Source: an uncultured delta proteobacterium (GTDB taxonomy: Bacteria; Desulfobacterota; Desulfobacteria; Desulfobacterales; JAFDCJ01). From it: a DNA stretch of 64,000 nucleotides. Position numbers and translations under genes: made by a program. The notes under the pieces are model-generated. The model ran no database searches. It saw nothing but the letters and a program-made list of their open reading frames with translations, and was not told the origin of the DNA. The DNA lies in contig CAVYNY010000034.1 in assembly GCA_963769935.1 (NCBI GenBank), forward strand, positions 1 through 64,000, given 5' to 3'. This document shows positions 21,445-31,797 of this stretch, in pieces (positions within the stretch are counted from its first letter, which is position 1; every line of letters begins with the position of its first letter).

Positions 21445-22383
21445 TCAATCGCTCTGACTTATTTGACCGAGGAGCAGCTTGATAACATGCTCGGCGAGTT
21501 GCAGGGGAGCTCTCGTCTCTTCAGCAGTCTTCCAACACCAGCCAAGTCCCTGCACACGTTCAGGCAAGAACCTATACTCACCATACATCTTGGGATCCTC
21601 GATATAGTATCGATTCTCTCCAGGGAGAATGATCTTGCACCGATATAACGCAACAATTAGTTCTGACTTTTCAAGCACATTTGTATATCGGTTGCGCCAG
21701 ACTATGGAGATGGAGGCGCTTGGACTGCGAATTCCGATCGATCTTTTGTCCTTGGCGACTTCAAGATGCAGACCAGGTGCCGCGTTCGACGCTTCATTCG
21801 TCAGTCGTTCTATCTCGTTGAACACGGACATCGCCGATTCCGTCGCCTGTCTAACGCCTTCGTCAGACCTCACCAGCTTGCTCGTCTCGAGATTGAACGC
21901 GGCTTTCTCTTCGACCCTGATGGCGCTCTCCGTGACAGACTCTTTTCGGAAATGTCCTCCGAGTTCCCGCACCCGCAACTTGATCGCACCAATGGCCTGC
22001 TCAATGCCGAAATCTTCCAAGCTGAACCGGATCCTCTGTTCTGGAAGCCAAGGTGGCGGATCGCTCTTGCTGTCCACCATAAGAAAGAAAAGAAAGTCTG
22101 GTCCCTCCTTGAGAAAGCGATCGGATATTGCCTGCTGCTCGACCCTTGTCCAAGGCGTCTTTCCCCAGCCGGTACGAAACAGAACGACAACAAGCCGTGA
22201 ATCGTGTCGGAAGACCTTACGGAAAGTCTCAAGACCGTCAGTTCCAGCGAGTTCTTCTTGCCGGTCCACGTACACGAAAACTCTAAGTTGCGATGAAAGA
22301 CCGTCACGCAATCGCTGCGCGAGAGCGAGATCATCGTTTAGAAAGGATATTGCCACATCATAGCCAAGGGTAGCATCGGTCAT
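21445..22383 (-). CDS. TIR-like domain protein (possible defence protein)
   Basis: YDVAISF...D...A..L...L...LRVFVY..RQEELAG.DG...F...SRLVVVLF..GWG.TPWTRVE. Confidence 0.8.
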   Translation of the reverse strand: MTDATLGYDVAISFLNDDLALAQRLRDGLSSQLRVFVYVDRQEELAGTDGLETFRKVFRHDSRLVVVLFRTGWGKTPWTRVEQQAISDRFLKEGPDFLFFLMVDSKSDPPPWLPEQRIRFSLEDFGIEQAIGAIKLRVRELGGHFRKESVTESAIRVEEKAAFNLETSKLVRSDEGVRQATESAMSVFNEIERLTNEASNAAPGLHLEVAKDKRSIGIRSPSASISIVWRNRYTNVLEKSELIVALYRCKIILPGENRYYIEDPKMYGEYRFLPERVQGLGWCWKTAEETRAPLQLAEHVIKLLLGQISQSD

Positions 22384-22455
22384 CGTGTTCTTTGGTTCTT
22401 AACCAGTGATTATACGTTTCTGTTTAAAACGGAATTTGTCAAGTTATATAGATAA

Positions 22456-22718
22456 CTTGCCAGAAGTCCAACTATCAAATTTTATACGATTTATGCAGAT
22501 ACTTTATGGATACACGTACCCTATCGTATCTGGGAATCTGGTGTCAAATTGAAATCAAAAAAATGGGATTTTGACTGGCAAAAATGTAAAATCCAGATTG
22601 CCAAACTAACCTTTTTTGTTGGGATATAATTTGCGAATCTCACCGCTTTTAAGCGCTTGCCATTTTGTTTTCATCGCATCAGATGTGATTTATTGCTTGA
22701 GAAAATACGTTTACAGTA
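22456..22718 (+). repeat. 263-bp non-coding direct repeat, copy 1 (class C site up to the left arm of a class A site)
   Basis: Identical by eye to 31798-32060. Confidence 0.92.
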
Positions 22719-22773
22719 CCTGCAATTTTGGTGGTTCAAATTTATTGCAGATACGATAGCATGATATCTGCAA
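22709..22773 (+). other. Putative recombination site, class A
   Basis: GTTTACA-GTACCTGCAA-N19-TTGCAGATAC-GATAGCATGATATCTGCAA. Confidence 0.7.
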
Positions 22774-22814
22774 GTGAATCTCATCTACGATGAGTTGGAG
22801 GTACCAATAATCTG

Positions 22815-24434
22815 CTATTCAAATGTCAGGCTCTCAACAATCGATGCAATTTTTTCTGGGTTTCGTCCGGTATTGATAACAAGATAAACACACTTTTTAT
22901 CTCTGTATGAAGATACGACCAGCGATGTCAATTTAATATAATCGTAATATGTCCATTTGATATCTGTCCTGTATGCGCGTGAGCCACAATTCAAAGTTAT
23001 TTCCTTATTGGATATAACCTCAGCATCAGAACCTATGCCTTGAAGATATTCCATATACCATTTTGGTCCAAAATCCTCTAATTTGATCTTATCCGGAATG
23101 TCAATTATAGATGCTTCAAAATTTGCCTCGTTCGGTGTTTTCATTCTCATGATCTGCCATTTTGACGTGGTACTAAGTTTTTTACTTCCAACAGGATACT
23201 CAAACTTAAATTTTGGAGATTTAGCTCGCCGGAAAATACCGTCCTTTGCTATACCCTCTTCTCTGGAGACCCAGATAAAACTATCTGAAAAAGAAGTGGA
23301 CACGCTTTTTATCAATTGATCAAGTCTTTCGGCTTCTCTCGTATTTGCTGGCAACGACGCAGAAGATACAACCGCAGGAAATATATATTTCATCGTTAAT
23401 TCAAGCGGAAGAGAAGTTTTCCCGACGGGTAAGTCACCGGTAAACACCACAACCATATTCATCTCCGTTGCCACCATAATATACTGACCTCTAGAGCCGA
23501 TAGCAGAATAATTGCCGTCATCATCCACCCACCATTGATACCCGTATTGCTGAGCTGGTTTAGCTTCAATATGTCCACGCGTTGATTTTTCTACCCAAGA
23601 ACTCGACACAAGTTGCTTCTTCTCCCACCTTCCCTTATTGAGGTAAAGCCATCCAATTTTGGCCATGTCATGGGGTTTTAACCACATCCGACCATATCCA
23701 ACATCAATACCCTGCGGGCTTTTTTCCCAATCAATTTCTGAAATACCAAGGGGAGTGAATAGATTCTTTTCAGCAAATTCTCTGGTTTTCATTTTCGTTG
23801 TAGTGTTGATGATTACCGATAAAAGATGTGATAAGCCGTTGCAGTACTCGTATTTACTACCTGGAGGACGGACCATCGGTAGATTAAGGACATGTTGCCC
23901 CCAATCACCGCTGCGCCTCATTTCGAATAATCCTTTCCAATTGTAATGATGAGAGTCCCTGCAATCTAAACCAGAGGCCATAATCAACAAGTGCTCAAGT
24001 GTAATTGACCTTTTATTGTCACCTAAGCTATCAATTATATTATGCGGTAATAATTCAACAATAGGTTGATCGACACTTTTTATATACCCTCTATCAATCG
24101 CTATGCCTATCAGGATCGACATAATACTCTTTGTACAGGAACGAATGATGTGTCTCTGGCCTTTTGAAAATGGGTAAAAGTAGGCATCAAGAACCATGTA
24201 ACCATTGCGGATTATTGATATGCTATCTATGTTGTAACCTTTAATTTTTATCTCTTCAATCATATTGGCAAGAACTTGAGATTGTATGCCCTGTTCCTCA
24301 GGAGTGGAGGTCTGCCACCCATTTGCGGGGTAACTGTTAACGGCTGCGGGCGAGAGTGAGTAGGAAAATGTAGTAATCAAAAAAGCAAGAAGGGTGTAAA
24401 ATAAAATGTACCATTTATCTTGAATCAAATTCAT
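22815..24434 (-). CDS. Serine hydrolase (class C beta-lactamase/6-aminohexanoate-dimer hydrolase-like) with C-terminal extension
   Basis: SxxK (SCTKS), YxN (YCN), YGYQWW; N-terminal signal/TM; start placed at MNLIQ. Confidence 0.87.
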   Translation of the reverse strand: MNLIQDKWYILFYTLLAFLITTFSYSLSPAAVNSYPANGWQTSTPEEQGIQSQVLANMIEEIKIKGYNIDSISIIRNGYMVLDAYFYPFSKGQRHIIRSCTKSIMSILIGIAIDRGYIKSVDQPIVELLPHNIIDSLGDNKRSITLEHLLIMASGLDCRDSHHYNWKGLFEMRRSGDWGQHVLNLPMVRPPGSKYEYCNGLSHLLSVIINTTTKMKTREFAEKNLFTPLGISEIDWEKSPQGIDVGYGRMWLKPHDMAKIGWLYLNKGRWEKKQLVSSSWVEKSTRGHIEAKPAQQYGYQWWVDDDGNYSAIGSRGQYIMVATEMNMVVVFTGDLPVGKTSLPLELTMKYIFPAVVSSASLPANTREAERLDQLIKSVSTSFSDSFIWVSREEGIAKDGIFRRAKSPKFKFEYPVGSKKLSTTSKWQIMRMKTPNEANFEASIIDIPDKIKLEDFGPKWYMEYLQGIGSDAEVISNKEITLNCGSRAYRTDIKWTYYDYIKLTSLVVSSYRDKKCVYLVINTGRNPEKIASIVESLTFE

Positions 24435-24524
24435 GGTTCCCCCTTGGGAAAATATTAGACGATTGCAGATACATGGAGATAATCGGCAGAAAACCAACTC
24501 TTTGAAAACCTGTGATTTCATAAA

Positions 24525-24564
24525 ATATCACAGATTTCCCGAAAACACAGGTATGTAGATGATT
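24525..24564 (+). other. Putative recombination site, class B
   Basis: ATATCACAGA-N10-ACACAGGTATGTAGATGATT. Confidence 0.6.
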
Positions 24565-24753
24565 CTCCGCTTTCGCAACTTCACGGATTTAAAAGCTATA
24601 TCACAATCATTGGCGGCCGGTTAGATCTTAATAAATTTGGAAATATTTTGATCACTATGGAGGTGATCTGCAAACCAAAGGATTCGTGTCCATGCGCTAT
24701 CTTTAGCGGCAAATCCACAAAATTCCTTCCGAAAGCTCCACTGGTTCGCTCTG

Positions 24754-25179
24754 CTAAATCTTTTTAGCATTACTCAGAATCAGTTCACCGACTCCCAAGC
24801 TTAATGATGCCTTTACCGATATAGCAGTCGACAACGGAATCTCCGTTAAATATAAAGATCTCGCCTCTTTCTCGTCTATTGGAAAAAAAGGGGCGCCGGG
24901 TTCCGAATGGAGAAAAAATTCTCCAGATAAAACGCCACACTTTGGGCAAGTGTTACCAAAATATTTCTGTCCCGCCATTTTTGAAAACCTGAGTCGAAAA
25001 GTTGGTACTCTGTTTTGGATGTATGCAAGTATATCCTTGGGCAGTTCAACTATATCAGATAACAAACAAATTTGATTGTCTGTATCTTCGACGTGAGGTG
25101 CTAAGAGTGAAACTACTGGCATTTTAGATTCACACTGCCAACAATGAATTTTTTTGCCTATCAAATATAATGGTGGCAT
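24754..25179 (-). CDS. Hypothetical Zn-binding protein (resembles the C-terminal domain of DUF5710 proteins)
   Basis: CWQC ... CPKCG..SGEFFLHSEPGAPFFP. Confidence 0.65.
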   Translation of the reverse strand: MPPLYLIGKKIHCWQCESKMPVVSLLAPHVEDTDNQICLLSDIVELPKDILAYIQNRVPTFRLRFSKMAGQKYFGNTCPKCGVLSGEFFLHSEPGAPFFPIDEKEARSLYLTEIPLSTAISVKASLSLGVGELILSNAKKI

Positions 25180-25484
25180 TATTTTTCTGCATTTGTTGAA
25201 CATATTTGATTGCAGTAGGATATTAACATCAGGTAGAAAACTTTCCACCGATTCATATATCGCGTCAAAAAAAAATGTTTATCCTGAGCTAATAAACCTG
25301 ATGAGACGTCAATTATTGTTTGAAACTACATGAAAACCACAAAATTTAATTTGTGTAGATAGTATCTCAACGAAATTGAGACATGCTCGGCCTGATGTTT
25401 GTCAGACGATACCACAATTTTTTCGAATTTCCAGATTTAAAAACAATATCACAATTGATAATAATAACAGTGGGATACCGATTG

Positions 25485-25501
25485 GTTTACAGTATCTGAA
25501 A
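25485..25501 (+). other. Class A half-site
   Basis: GTTTACAGTATCTGAAA. Confidence 0.5.
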
Positions 25502-25621
25502 AAAATCAATTCATAAAATAGCGGGTTTTATAACGTTCTTTACAGATTTGAATCGCTGATATTTAATGCTTAATAAAAGCAGTCAATTTTTAATCTTAAA
25601 ACACTAAAAAGCCACACAATT

Positions 25622-26032
25622 CTAAAGAATACCCAGTTGGCGTGCTATCTCAAGTCGATTCGTTACGCTCCATCGTTCCAAAGCCTTACCATTATCGAAG
25701 CGGAGAATGCTGATAATAGTAGTATCTACCTGCTTTTTGGTGGGCGGAATACCCATATAATCACCTGTGTGAACACCTCTAAACCTCATCCTGACCGCTC
25801 CTTTATCTTTCTCTGCAATCCCGTCTTCTATTGTCAGACTGAAATCGGAGAAGGCAGTATGCATCATCGAGATGTATTGTTTGAAACCTTCAAGATCGGA
25901 GGATACTCCTTCTACTGGGCTATGGTTGACGAAATTTGGAGAAAAAAGCTCGTCAGCGATATCCATTCTGGCATTATTTATAAACTCGTTTACAATCCGG
26001 TAACCAATTGCTCTCACTTCATCTGTATTCAT
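25622..26032 (-). CDS. SnoaL-like ester cyclase
   Basis: AFSDF...IAEKDK...R..FRGVHTGDYMGIPPT motif; AAGGAGG RBS. Confidence 0.88.
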   Translation of the reverse strand: MNTDEVRAIGYRIVNEFINNARMDIADELFSPNFVNHSPVEGVSSDLEGFKQYISMMHTAFSDFSLTIEDGIAEKDKGAVRMRFRGVHTGDYMGIPPTKKQVDTTIISILRFDNGKALERWSVTNRLEIARQLGIL

Positions 26033-26242
26033 TATTTATCCCTCCTTGAATGTTAAACTAACGAGCAAGGAAATAAGAAATAAGCCGGTTTAAAGAAACT
26101 GTTGATTTTTGCCATTATCCTCATCCAACCGAAATCAGTGATACGTAGATGGAATTCCAACCTTGCCCAAAGTTGTGATATCATAAAAACCGGCTGCCAA
26201 GTCCAGATAATCCTAAATATAATTTTCGGAAAATTATTTGAG

Positions 26243-28552
26243 TCATTTCAAACCAGCTATTCTAAGCGCATCGATAAACCGGTCCTTGTCTGCGGTCTGT
26301 AAACTAAAAAAGCCGTCCTTTGCGATATCGGCCAAAGAGATTTGGGGATTTATCTTGAGGATCTCTTGGACCTCAGCACGGGCTTCTTCCATCTGCCCTG
26401 CCAAGCTGCAAATTGCTGCCAGGCCAATATGGCCATATACAAAGTCGGGCCAGAGTTTGATCGCTTCCTTTAATCGAAGGATTGCCTGATCGTATTGACC
26501 GAGAAAACCGTATGAGAGACCAGAGAACAGTTTGATCCAAGGTTCAATATACGGTCCAATTTGCAAAGTTGCTGTCTTCTGGGCCACCTCAAGGGCTTCT
26601 TCATGCCTCCCTAAAAGACACAGAACAATTATAAGACATTCGTAGCCGTCAGCATCGTCAGGGCGGCTGCTGACCAGATCCTTCACTGAAGCGACCGCCT
26701 CTTCAATCTTCCCGGTATTGACTAAGGCAATGGCTCGGTTCCCGATATACCGACTGGGGTTCTGACTTAGACTCACTGCCTTGTCGAGCTCCGTTAAGGC
26801 CTCCCCGGACTTGCCGGCTGCTATGAGGGTAATGCCTAAAAAGAAATGATACTCGGCAACACCGGGGTCAAGATTGACAGCCTTGTTAGCCGCCTCGATG
26901 GCCTCATCTGTCCTTCCTGTAAAAAAGCAGGCCGCCCCTAACTTCAAAAAGAAATTAGCTGCCGGAAAAGGGTCAAGACGAAGCGCGGTTCTTAATGACT
27001 CGATAGTTTCCCTAAACCTCCCCATTGGATTGAGCAGGTCCCCCATGCTGGCAAGAGTATATGGACAATTGGGGCAGACAGCGATTGCCCGCTCGTATTC
27101 GGCCATAGCTTTATCAGGCTGCCTTGTCATCAGGTAGACATTTCCCAGCAATCGGTGAGCATTCTCCTGGCCATCATCCAGAGAGATGGCCTTTTGTGCC
27201 AAATCAAAAGCCTTTTCCAAAGCCTTCTTGGGAGATTCGCTCCAGCCGAACATCACAGCCAGATAATAGGTCCACCCCAGGATGGAGTGACCGTACGAAT
27301 AATTGGGATCAAGGGCTATGGCTTCTTCAAAGAGCTGTCTAGCCTTAAGATTGGCCGCTTTACTGAAGCGAAATACATACTCCATGCCCTCGGATACCTT
27401 CAAAAAGGCCTCCAGGTTATTAGTACGTCGCGCTCTCACTCGGGCAATCTCGCCTTTTGTCAATTTTACTTGAAGCTCAGTAATGACTTTCAGCGTGATC
27501 TCATCTTGTATTGCAAAGACATCCTTTAAGCTTCGATCGTATTGTTCACCCCACAGGTGGTTTCCCGTTGTCGCATCAATGAGCTGGGCTGTGATCCGTA
27601 ACTGGTCCTCGGACCTTCGAACACTGCCCTCCAGTACATAGCGAACTCCCAATTCACGGCCCACCTGTTGAACCTTCACCGGTTTCCCTTTATAGGTGAA
27701 GGTTGAGTTGCGGGCAATAACCAACATCTTTGGGGTCTTCGAGAGTGCCGTGATGATTCCTTCGGTGAGACCGTCACTGAAGTACTCCTGCTTGGGGTCG
27801 TCGCTCATATTGGTGAAGGGAAGCACGGCAATGGAGGGGGTGTCAGGCAGCGGAAACGTCATTTTTTCCTCGGATGCAGGCTCTACTGATGGGCGACGCA
27901 CGTAAAACTGCCAAATCCCCACGGCAATCACCAACACAAGAACCGCAACTGCTCCAATAAGAATTGGCATGCGCCTCGATACCGCTGGTTTTTCTCTTTC
28001 CGGCTCCCCTGCAACCGTCACCCTTGGCTGCAACATCACCCGATAAGCACCCACTGGCTTGGAGATGTTTTTTACCGTCTGATCGCCTATAAACTCATAT
28101 CCATATGGAAGTTTCCTTTCAATTTGATCAAAGGCAGTTTTAGAGATGCAAATACCACCTGGGTCAGCTAAACCCTCCAACCTGGCTGCGATGTTGACCC
28201 CATCGCCATAAATTCGCTCGCCTTCTTGAATAACATCTCCAAGGTTGATACCTATACGAAACTGCATTTTACGATTTTCCGATAAGTCTTGGTTGCGAGC
28301 AGTGATTTCGTTTTGAACCGACACAGCACACTGAACCGCATCGACCACGCTGAGAAACTCAGCCAGTAAGTTGTCACCTGGAGAATCCACCACCATGCCG
28401 TTGTGTTGTTTGATAAGCGTAGCTATCACTTCACGGTAGGATGTCAGCGTGCGTACAGTAGCCTCTTCATCATCTTCCATCAAACGGCTATAACCAACAG
28501 CATCGGCACTGAGGATAGAGGTTAGTTTGCGTTTAAAACCTTGTTCTGCCAT
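26243..28552 (-). CDS. Class III adenylate/guanylate cyclase - TM - TolB-like - TPR protein
   Basis: KRKLTSILSADAVGYSRLM, FRIGINLGD, YGDGVNIAARLE and PSIAVLPFTNMS motifs; many TPR repeats. Confidence 0.92.
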   Translation of the reverse strand: MAEQGFKRKLTSILSADAVGYSRLMEDDEEATVRTLTSYREVIATLIKQHNGMVVDSPGDNLLAEFLSVVDAVQCAVSVQNEITARNQDLSENRKMQFRIGINLGDVIQEGERIYGDGVNIAARLEGLADPGGICISKTAFDQIERKLPYGYEFIGDQTVKNISKPVGAYRVMLQPRVTVAGEPEREKPAVSRRMPILIGAVAVLVLVIAVGIWQFYVRRPSVEPASEEKMTFPLPDTPSIAVLPFTNMSDDPKQEYFSDGLTEGIITALSKTPKMLVIARNSTFTYKGKPVKVQQVGRELGVRYVLEGSVRRSEDQLRITAQLIDATTGNHLWGEQYDRSLKDVFAIQDEITLKVITELQVKLTKGEIARVRARRTNNLEAFLKVSEGMEYVFRFSKAANLKARQLFEEAIALDPNYSYGHSILGWTYYLAVMFGWSESPKKALEKAFDLAQKAISLDDGQENAHRLLGNVYLMTRQPDKAMAEYERAIAVCPNCPYTLASMGDLLNPMGRFRETIESLRTALRLDPFPAANFFLKLGAACFFTGRTDEAIEAANKAVNLDPGVAEYHFFLGITLIAAGKSGEALTELDKAVSLSQNPSRYIGNRAIALVNTGKIEEAVASVKDLVSSRPDDADGYECLIIVLCLLGRHEEALEVAQKTATLQIGPYIEPWIKLFSGLSYGFLGQYDQAILRLKEAIKLWPDFVYGHIGLAAICSLAGQMEEARAEVQEILKINPQISLADIAKDGFFSLQTADKDRFIDALRIAGLK

Positions 28553-28765
28553 TATGGCACCCCCTTTTTTAAGGTTTCAAACAGTGGAAACTCAGGTTGT
28601 GGGATATTCGAAGGAGCTCAGAAATCAGATTAGGTTCCGAAATAGAAAACCGCCTCAGATCAGCTGGAATGGAGGCATCAGAAATCGCTTATGTAGATTT
28701 ATAACCAAATGGATGGGATTTAGTCAATCAAATTCAGGATACAGGCCGGTGGTGATACCGTGATA

Positions 28766-28897
28766 GTATCTGCAAAAGTGAAAGAATTCAGATACGTAGA
28801 TGATCTACAAAAAGTTAAAGTTCACAGAATTATGAATTTCTTGGCGGATGCCCAACTATCAAACTGGCCAAAATTATTGCAGATACAAAATGGATAC
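28766..28897 (+). other. Putative recombination sites B and C upstream of the integrase
   Basis: GTATCTGCAA-N10-ATTCAGATACGTAGATGATC (B); CAACTATC-N21-GATAC-N6-GATAC (C). Confidence 0.7.
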
Positions 28898-28957
28898 ATT
28901 ATGCTTACCTCAGGCGGTTTATGAATGTCAAACCCAAAAACCAAAAGGAGGTACACC

Positions 28958-29795
28958 ATGAAAATTTCTCAAGCTGCAAAAATTTGGATCGATTACCATG
29001 TGACCAATTCGAAAAAAAAATACAGTCCGTGCTTACGGGTGGATTATCAACAAATTTTGCGCAGATTTTGGAGGAGAACAGTTAACCGAGTTATCATCAG
29101 AAAAGGTTTTGCAATTTTTTAACACTGTCACCGACGGTTGTAAACCCCAAACTAAACGTGTTCGATTTTCCCACCTGTCATCGTTTTTCAATTTCATGAA
29201 AAACAACCTTGATTTAAATTTTCAAAATCCCTGCGAATTGCCAATGCTGCGCAAATTATTCCGGCCGACAGTGGCCATCAGTTGGACTATTCTTGAAAAA
29301 GAGACGGTGGATGAAATTATTTTCCGAACCACAAAGGTCCGGAACCGCTTGATGCTTGAATTGATGGCTCGCGGGGGGATGCGTATCGGTGAGGTGTTAA
29401 AGCTTCGATTCATCGATATTCAGGGTCGCAAATTGATCTTAAAGGATCCCAAAAGCGGAAAAGAACAGGAGGTTGTATTTATTCCCCAAAAAGTGGCCGA
29501 TCGACTGCGGGAATACGCCAGGCAAAAATGCAATAACCCGAACGATCGTATCTTTCCAATTTCATATGAAGCTGCCAGGATAATGGTGCTAAGAGCAGGA
29601 AATATGGTTGGCATCCATTTACGCCCACATGATCTGCGCAGGCATGCAGCGACGTATGCATCCAGATCCGGTGTTCCTATTGAAATTATTAGCAAAATAA
29701 TCCTCAGGCACGCGAATTTATCAACCACTCAGTTGTATCTTGGAAAGATCAGTGATACCGAGGCCATGCGGTGGATTGAAAATCTTTACGCATAA
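28958..29795 (+). CDS. Tyrosine recombinase/site-specific integrase (about 278 aa; needs a +1 frameshift at the A9 run 29012-29020)
   Basis: GGAGG RBS then MKISQAAKIWIDYH..SKK|NTVRAY; SAM-like N-domain; catalytic R (GMRIGE), K, HDLRRH, LRH and Y (TQLYL) all present. Confidence 0.9.
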
Positions 29796-29854
29796 AATCC
29801 TTCAGGGTGATCCATTTCCACTGATCACCCTATTTTCTAAGGGATATAATTTGA

Positions 29855-29905
29855 GTATCTTACGATTTTCAGCCGGTTGATATGTTGGTCATCATAGCAG
29901 CTATC
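29855..29905 (+). other. Class A-like site downstream of the integrase (copy at 21243-21293)
   Basis: GTATC...CATAGCAG(C/A)TATC with almost the same spacing as 32058-32110; homology between the two integrase copies ends here. Confidence 0.55.
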
Positions 29906-30056
29906 TTTAACGGAGATGTTAGGGGTAACCAGAGTGACAGGTCCTCCGGCAAATGCCAGGAAAAAGAAAAAGCTCGAATAAGACAAAAGTCGATAGACCC
30001 TTGGGGTCGAATGGTTTGGCAGATAAGATCAGAAGAAATTATTAGAATACTTCCAC

Positions 30057-30497
30057 TCACCTGATTGTTCGCCGTTCACACTCCTTGATCTTTTCTAGAA
30101 AGATATCAATTCCATCTACAAATGTCTTTGTTTTGTGATACAACTTTTTAAAATCGGCCAGTTCATATTCCAATCTTATCGGATCAGCAACAGAAAGGAG
30201 TCTATCATATTTTTTATACGTTGTCTCTAACCGTTCTATTGTTTTATCATAATCAGAACAAACTTTATCGCTTCTACTCGCCGGGCATTTTTTGCAAATG
30301 TCCTTAACTAATAGCAGCTGTTCTCTTTTTGATTTCATAACTGACATTGTCTGCAATAAAGTCATTAATAGTTCAGTTCGTTTTTTTACAGCTTCAAACC
30401 GCTTGTTAAATCGAAAATTTACCAAACTCAATAAAATGCTTATCACTGCAATTATGAAGGCTCCTATAGGTAACCAATTTATTATGAAATCACTCAT
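30057..30497 (-). CDS. Hypothetical membrane-anchored protein
   Basis: AT-rich ORF with an N-terminal TM helix; no recognisable motif. Confidence 0.55.
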   Translation of the reverse strand: MSDFIINWLPIGAFIIAVISILLSLVNFRFNKRFEAVKKRTELLMTLLQTMSVMKSKREQLLLVKDICKKCPASRSDKVCSDYDKTIERLETTYKKYDRLLSVADPIRLEYELADFKKLYHKTKTFVDGIDIFLEKIKECERRTIR

Positions 30498-30597
30498 ATC
30501 TCTTCTTTTACCGTGGTGCTCAATGTTAAGGATAGACAACGGGCTTGATGATTATCAATCTGAATTAAATTTGATTCGTTTTACCTTGGACATGTAG

Positions 30598-30827
30598 CTT
30601 GCCAATAGCCCAAGTATCAATTTTTATTCGATTAATACAGATACGATTGGGATACATTCACCCTATAGTATAACCTCAATTGTGTGAAAAAAGAGAGTAT
30701 AATCCGTTGCAATAAGACTTCAATCAAGGCTTTCAGCCCAAAAAAGAAAAATTCTGAATCTCACCAATATGCAGATTATAAAAATTGTTCCATCTTCAGA
30801 TAAAGCCTTGATTGGATATAGTTTACA
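30598..30827 (+). repeat. Diverged third copy of the C-to-A spacer module
   Basis: CTTGCC, CAAGTATC-N21-GATAC-N6-GATAC, ACCCTAT.GTAT, GAATCTCACC and GTTTACA in the same order as in the 263-bp repeat. Confidence 0.7.
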
Positions 30828-31019
30828 AGGAAATATCTCCTTTTTTTAGCTCATTTGAGGTATAAGAGAATCTGGCGTCAGATCGAAATCAAAAATAAGG
30901 GCAGCTGAGATCATAAAAAGGCGAATATAGATTGCCGACGTAAGGGGGTTAGACGACATTTCAATTCGCTGTCATCAACTCGCCTGAAGACAGCCCTGCT
31001 TTCCCCCGTAATCATACAC

Positions 31020-31580
31020 TTATGCCGAGGTTGGTTTTGTCTCCAGCCATTTTCCCAGAAGATTCAATGCCGGCAGCTTTGCCTCCAGGTTCTGGCGTCT
31101 GATCGGGACCATATCAACCACGTCAAAGCCGATTCTGAACAGAATCTTGTAAAGGCTGGCACAGCAATCCGGCGCTCCGTTACCTGAGCCACCGGCGCAA
31201 CAAATACCGACAACCGGTTTTTTTGCAATGCGTTTTTGAGCCTCCGGGTTTATGCTGATTCTTCGAATTTTGCCAAGAAATGTAAACAGGCTTTCGCTGA
31301 GGTCGGAAAAATAGACCGGTGAAGCAAAAACGGACACATCCGCGTTCAGGATTTTTTCTAACAGTGGGTTAAAATCATCTTCTGCGATGCAACGGCCTTT
31401 GGTTTTGCAAATCCCCCAGCCGTTTTGATCACATTGCCGGCACCGTTCCAAATTCAATGCCGGCAGAAAAACGAGCTCGACATCGCTTCCGGCTTCTTTG
31501 GCGCCTTCTAAGATCGCGTTCACAGCGCGAGCGGTTTGTCCTTCAGGGTTCCTGCTTCCGGATACAATCTGAATATTCAT
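31020..31580 (-). CDS. Iron-sulfur flavoprotein / flavodoxin-like FMN reductase
   Basis: GSRNPEGQT, four-Cys cluster motif, ASPVYF. Confidence 0.88.
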   Translation of the reverse strand: MNIQIVSGSRNPEGQTARAVNAILEGAKEAGSDVELVFLPALNLERCRQCDQNGWGICKTKGRCIAEDDFNPLLEKILNADVSVFASPVYFSDLSESLFTFLGKIRRISINPEAQKRIAKKPVVGICCAGGSGNGAPDCCASLYKILFRIGFDVVDMVPIRRQNLEAKLPALNLLGKWLETKPTSA

Positions 31581-31720
31581 TCGTCAGCTCCTTTCCAGTT
31601 AGATTGCACAATCATTTTATGGGGTACAATTAAATAATCTTTATCATGGAGTAGCTACAACCACAATATATGGATATATGACGAATTTTAGAAGTGTTGG
31701 TCTTCCTTGGCTATCATGAA

Positions 31721-31760
31721 ATATCACAAATTTTCCCAAACTGCAGATACGTAGAGGTAA
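31721..31760 (+). other. Putative recombination site, class B
   Basis: ATATCACAAA-N10-CTGCAGATACGTAGAGGTAA. Confidence 0.65.
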
Positions 31761-31797
31761 TCACCCGATTTTGATGGATCGAAGTTTCGGGAAATAT

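Noticed and set aside
22815..24434. Antibiotic-resistance beta-lactamase
   Set aside because: The SxxK/YxN fold is shared by many esterases and amidases, and nothing here indicates true beta-lactamase activity.
28958..29795. Integron integrase (IntI) with attC array
   Set aside because: The protein is short and lacks the IntI-specific insertion before the HxxR box, and no complete attC hairpins were found between the cargo genes.
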